Part shown: in pieces, positions 35,905 through 36,062 of the stretch
How positions within the stretch are numbered: the stretch's first letter is position 1
Layout of the letters: the number at the start of each line of letters is the position of its first letter
Assembly (NCBI GenBank): GCA_030740155.1
Contig: JASLXV010000100.1
Coordinates: 1 to 36,062 of the forward strand
Direction: 5' to 3'
DNA: 36,062 bases
Source: Dehalococcoidia bacterium
GTDB lineage: Bacteria > Chloroflexota > Dehalococcoidia > Lucifugimonadales > UBA3495
Made by a program: the position numbers and the translations under genes
The notes under the pieces: generated by a model
Database searches by the model: none
The model's input: only the letters and a program-made list of their open reading frames with translations
Told to the model about the DNA's origin: nothing

Positions 35905-36062
35905 AGAAGGACGGCCGGAACAGCGTAGGGGCGCCCGGCCGGTCGCCCCGACTGGGAGGCAATAGACGGGGTATGAAATTGGCGGGCCTAAGGGGGGAAG
36001 GCCCGGCGCGAGCCACACCGGGTGTTGTGCCCCATCCGCGCGCGGGTGGTCGGGAGGTAGCC

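Overview
High-GC bacterial chromosomal segment. Gene content and protein style suggest Chloroflexota (Dehalococcoidia/SAR202-like); this is an inference. The left edge is the boundary of an integrative element: a tyrosine integrase sits directly downstream of an elongator tRNA-Met(CAT). Next comes a minus-strand run of a beta-hydroxyacid dehydrogenase, rdgB, moaA, an in-frame RNase HI-MoaC fusion and an MBL hydrolase. An 11-subunit 'headless' complex I operon follows (nuoABCDHIJK-small ORF-LMN, no nuoEFG), with a Rex/CRP-like palindrome at its promoter. The rest comprises nadK, a Nudix hydrolase, a non-classical succinate dehydrogenase (SdhA, SdhB and an HdrB/CCG-domain subunit), a class III aminotransferase, mdh, a compositionally distinct monomeric icd, a YyaL-family protein, an orphan antitoxin fragment, thrS, plsY and prfB with its programmed +1 frameshift. 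At least four families of short palindromic or tandem repeats occupy the intergenic spaces, and one family also occurs in-frame inside two genes. The most unusual items are the RNase H-MoaC fusion, the headless complex I with an embedded small protein next to a CCG-type SDH, and the coding-region repeat insertions. All assignments come from motif recognition by eye; no searches were run.
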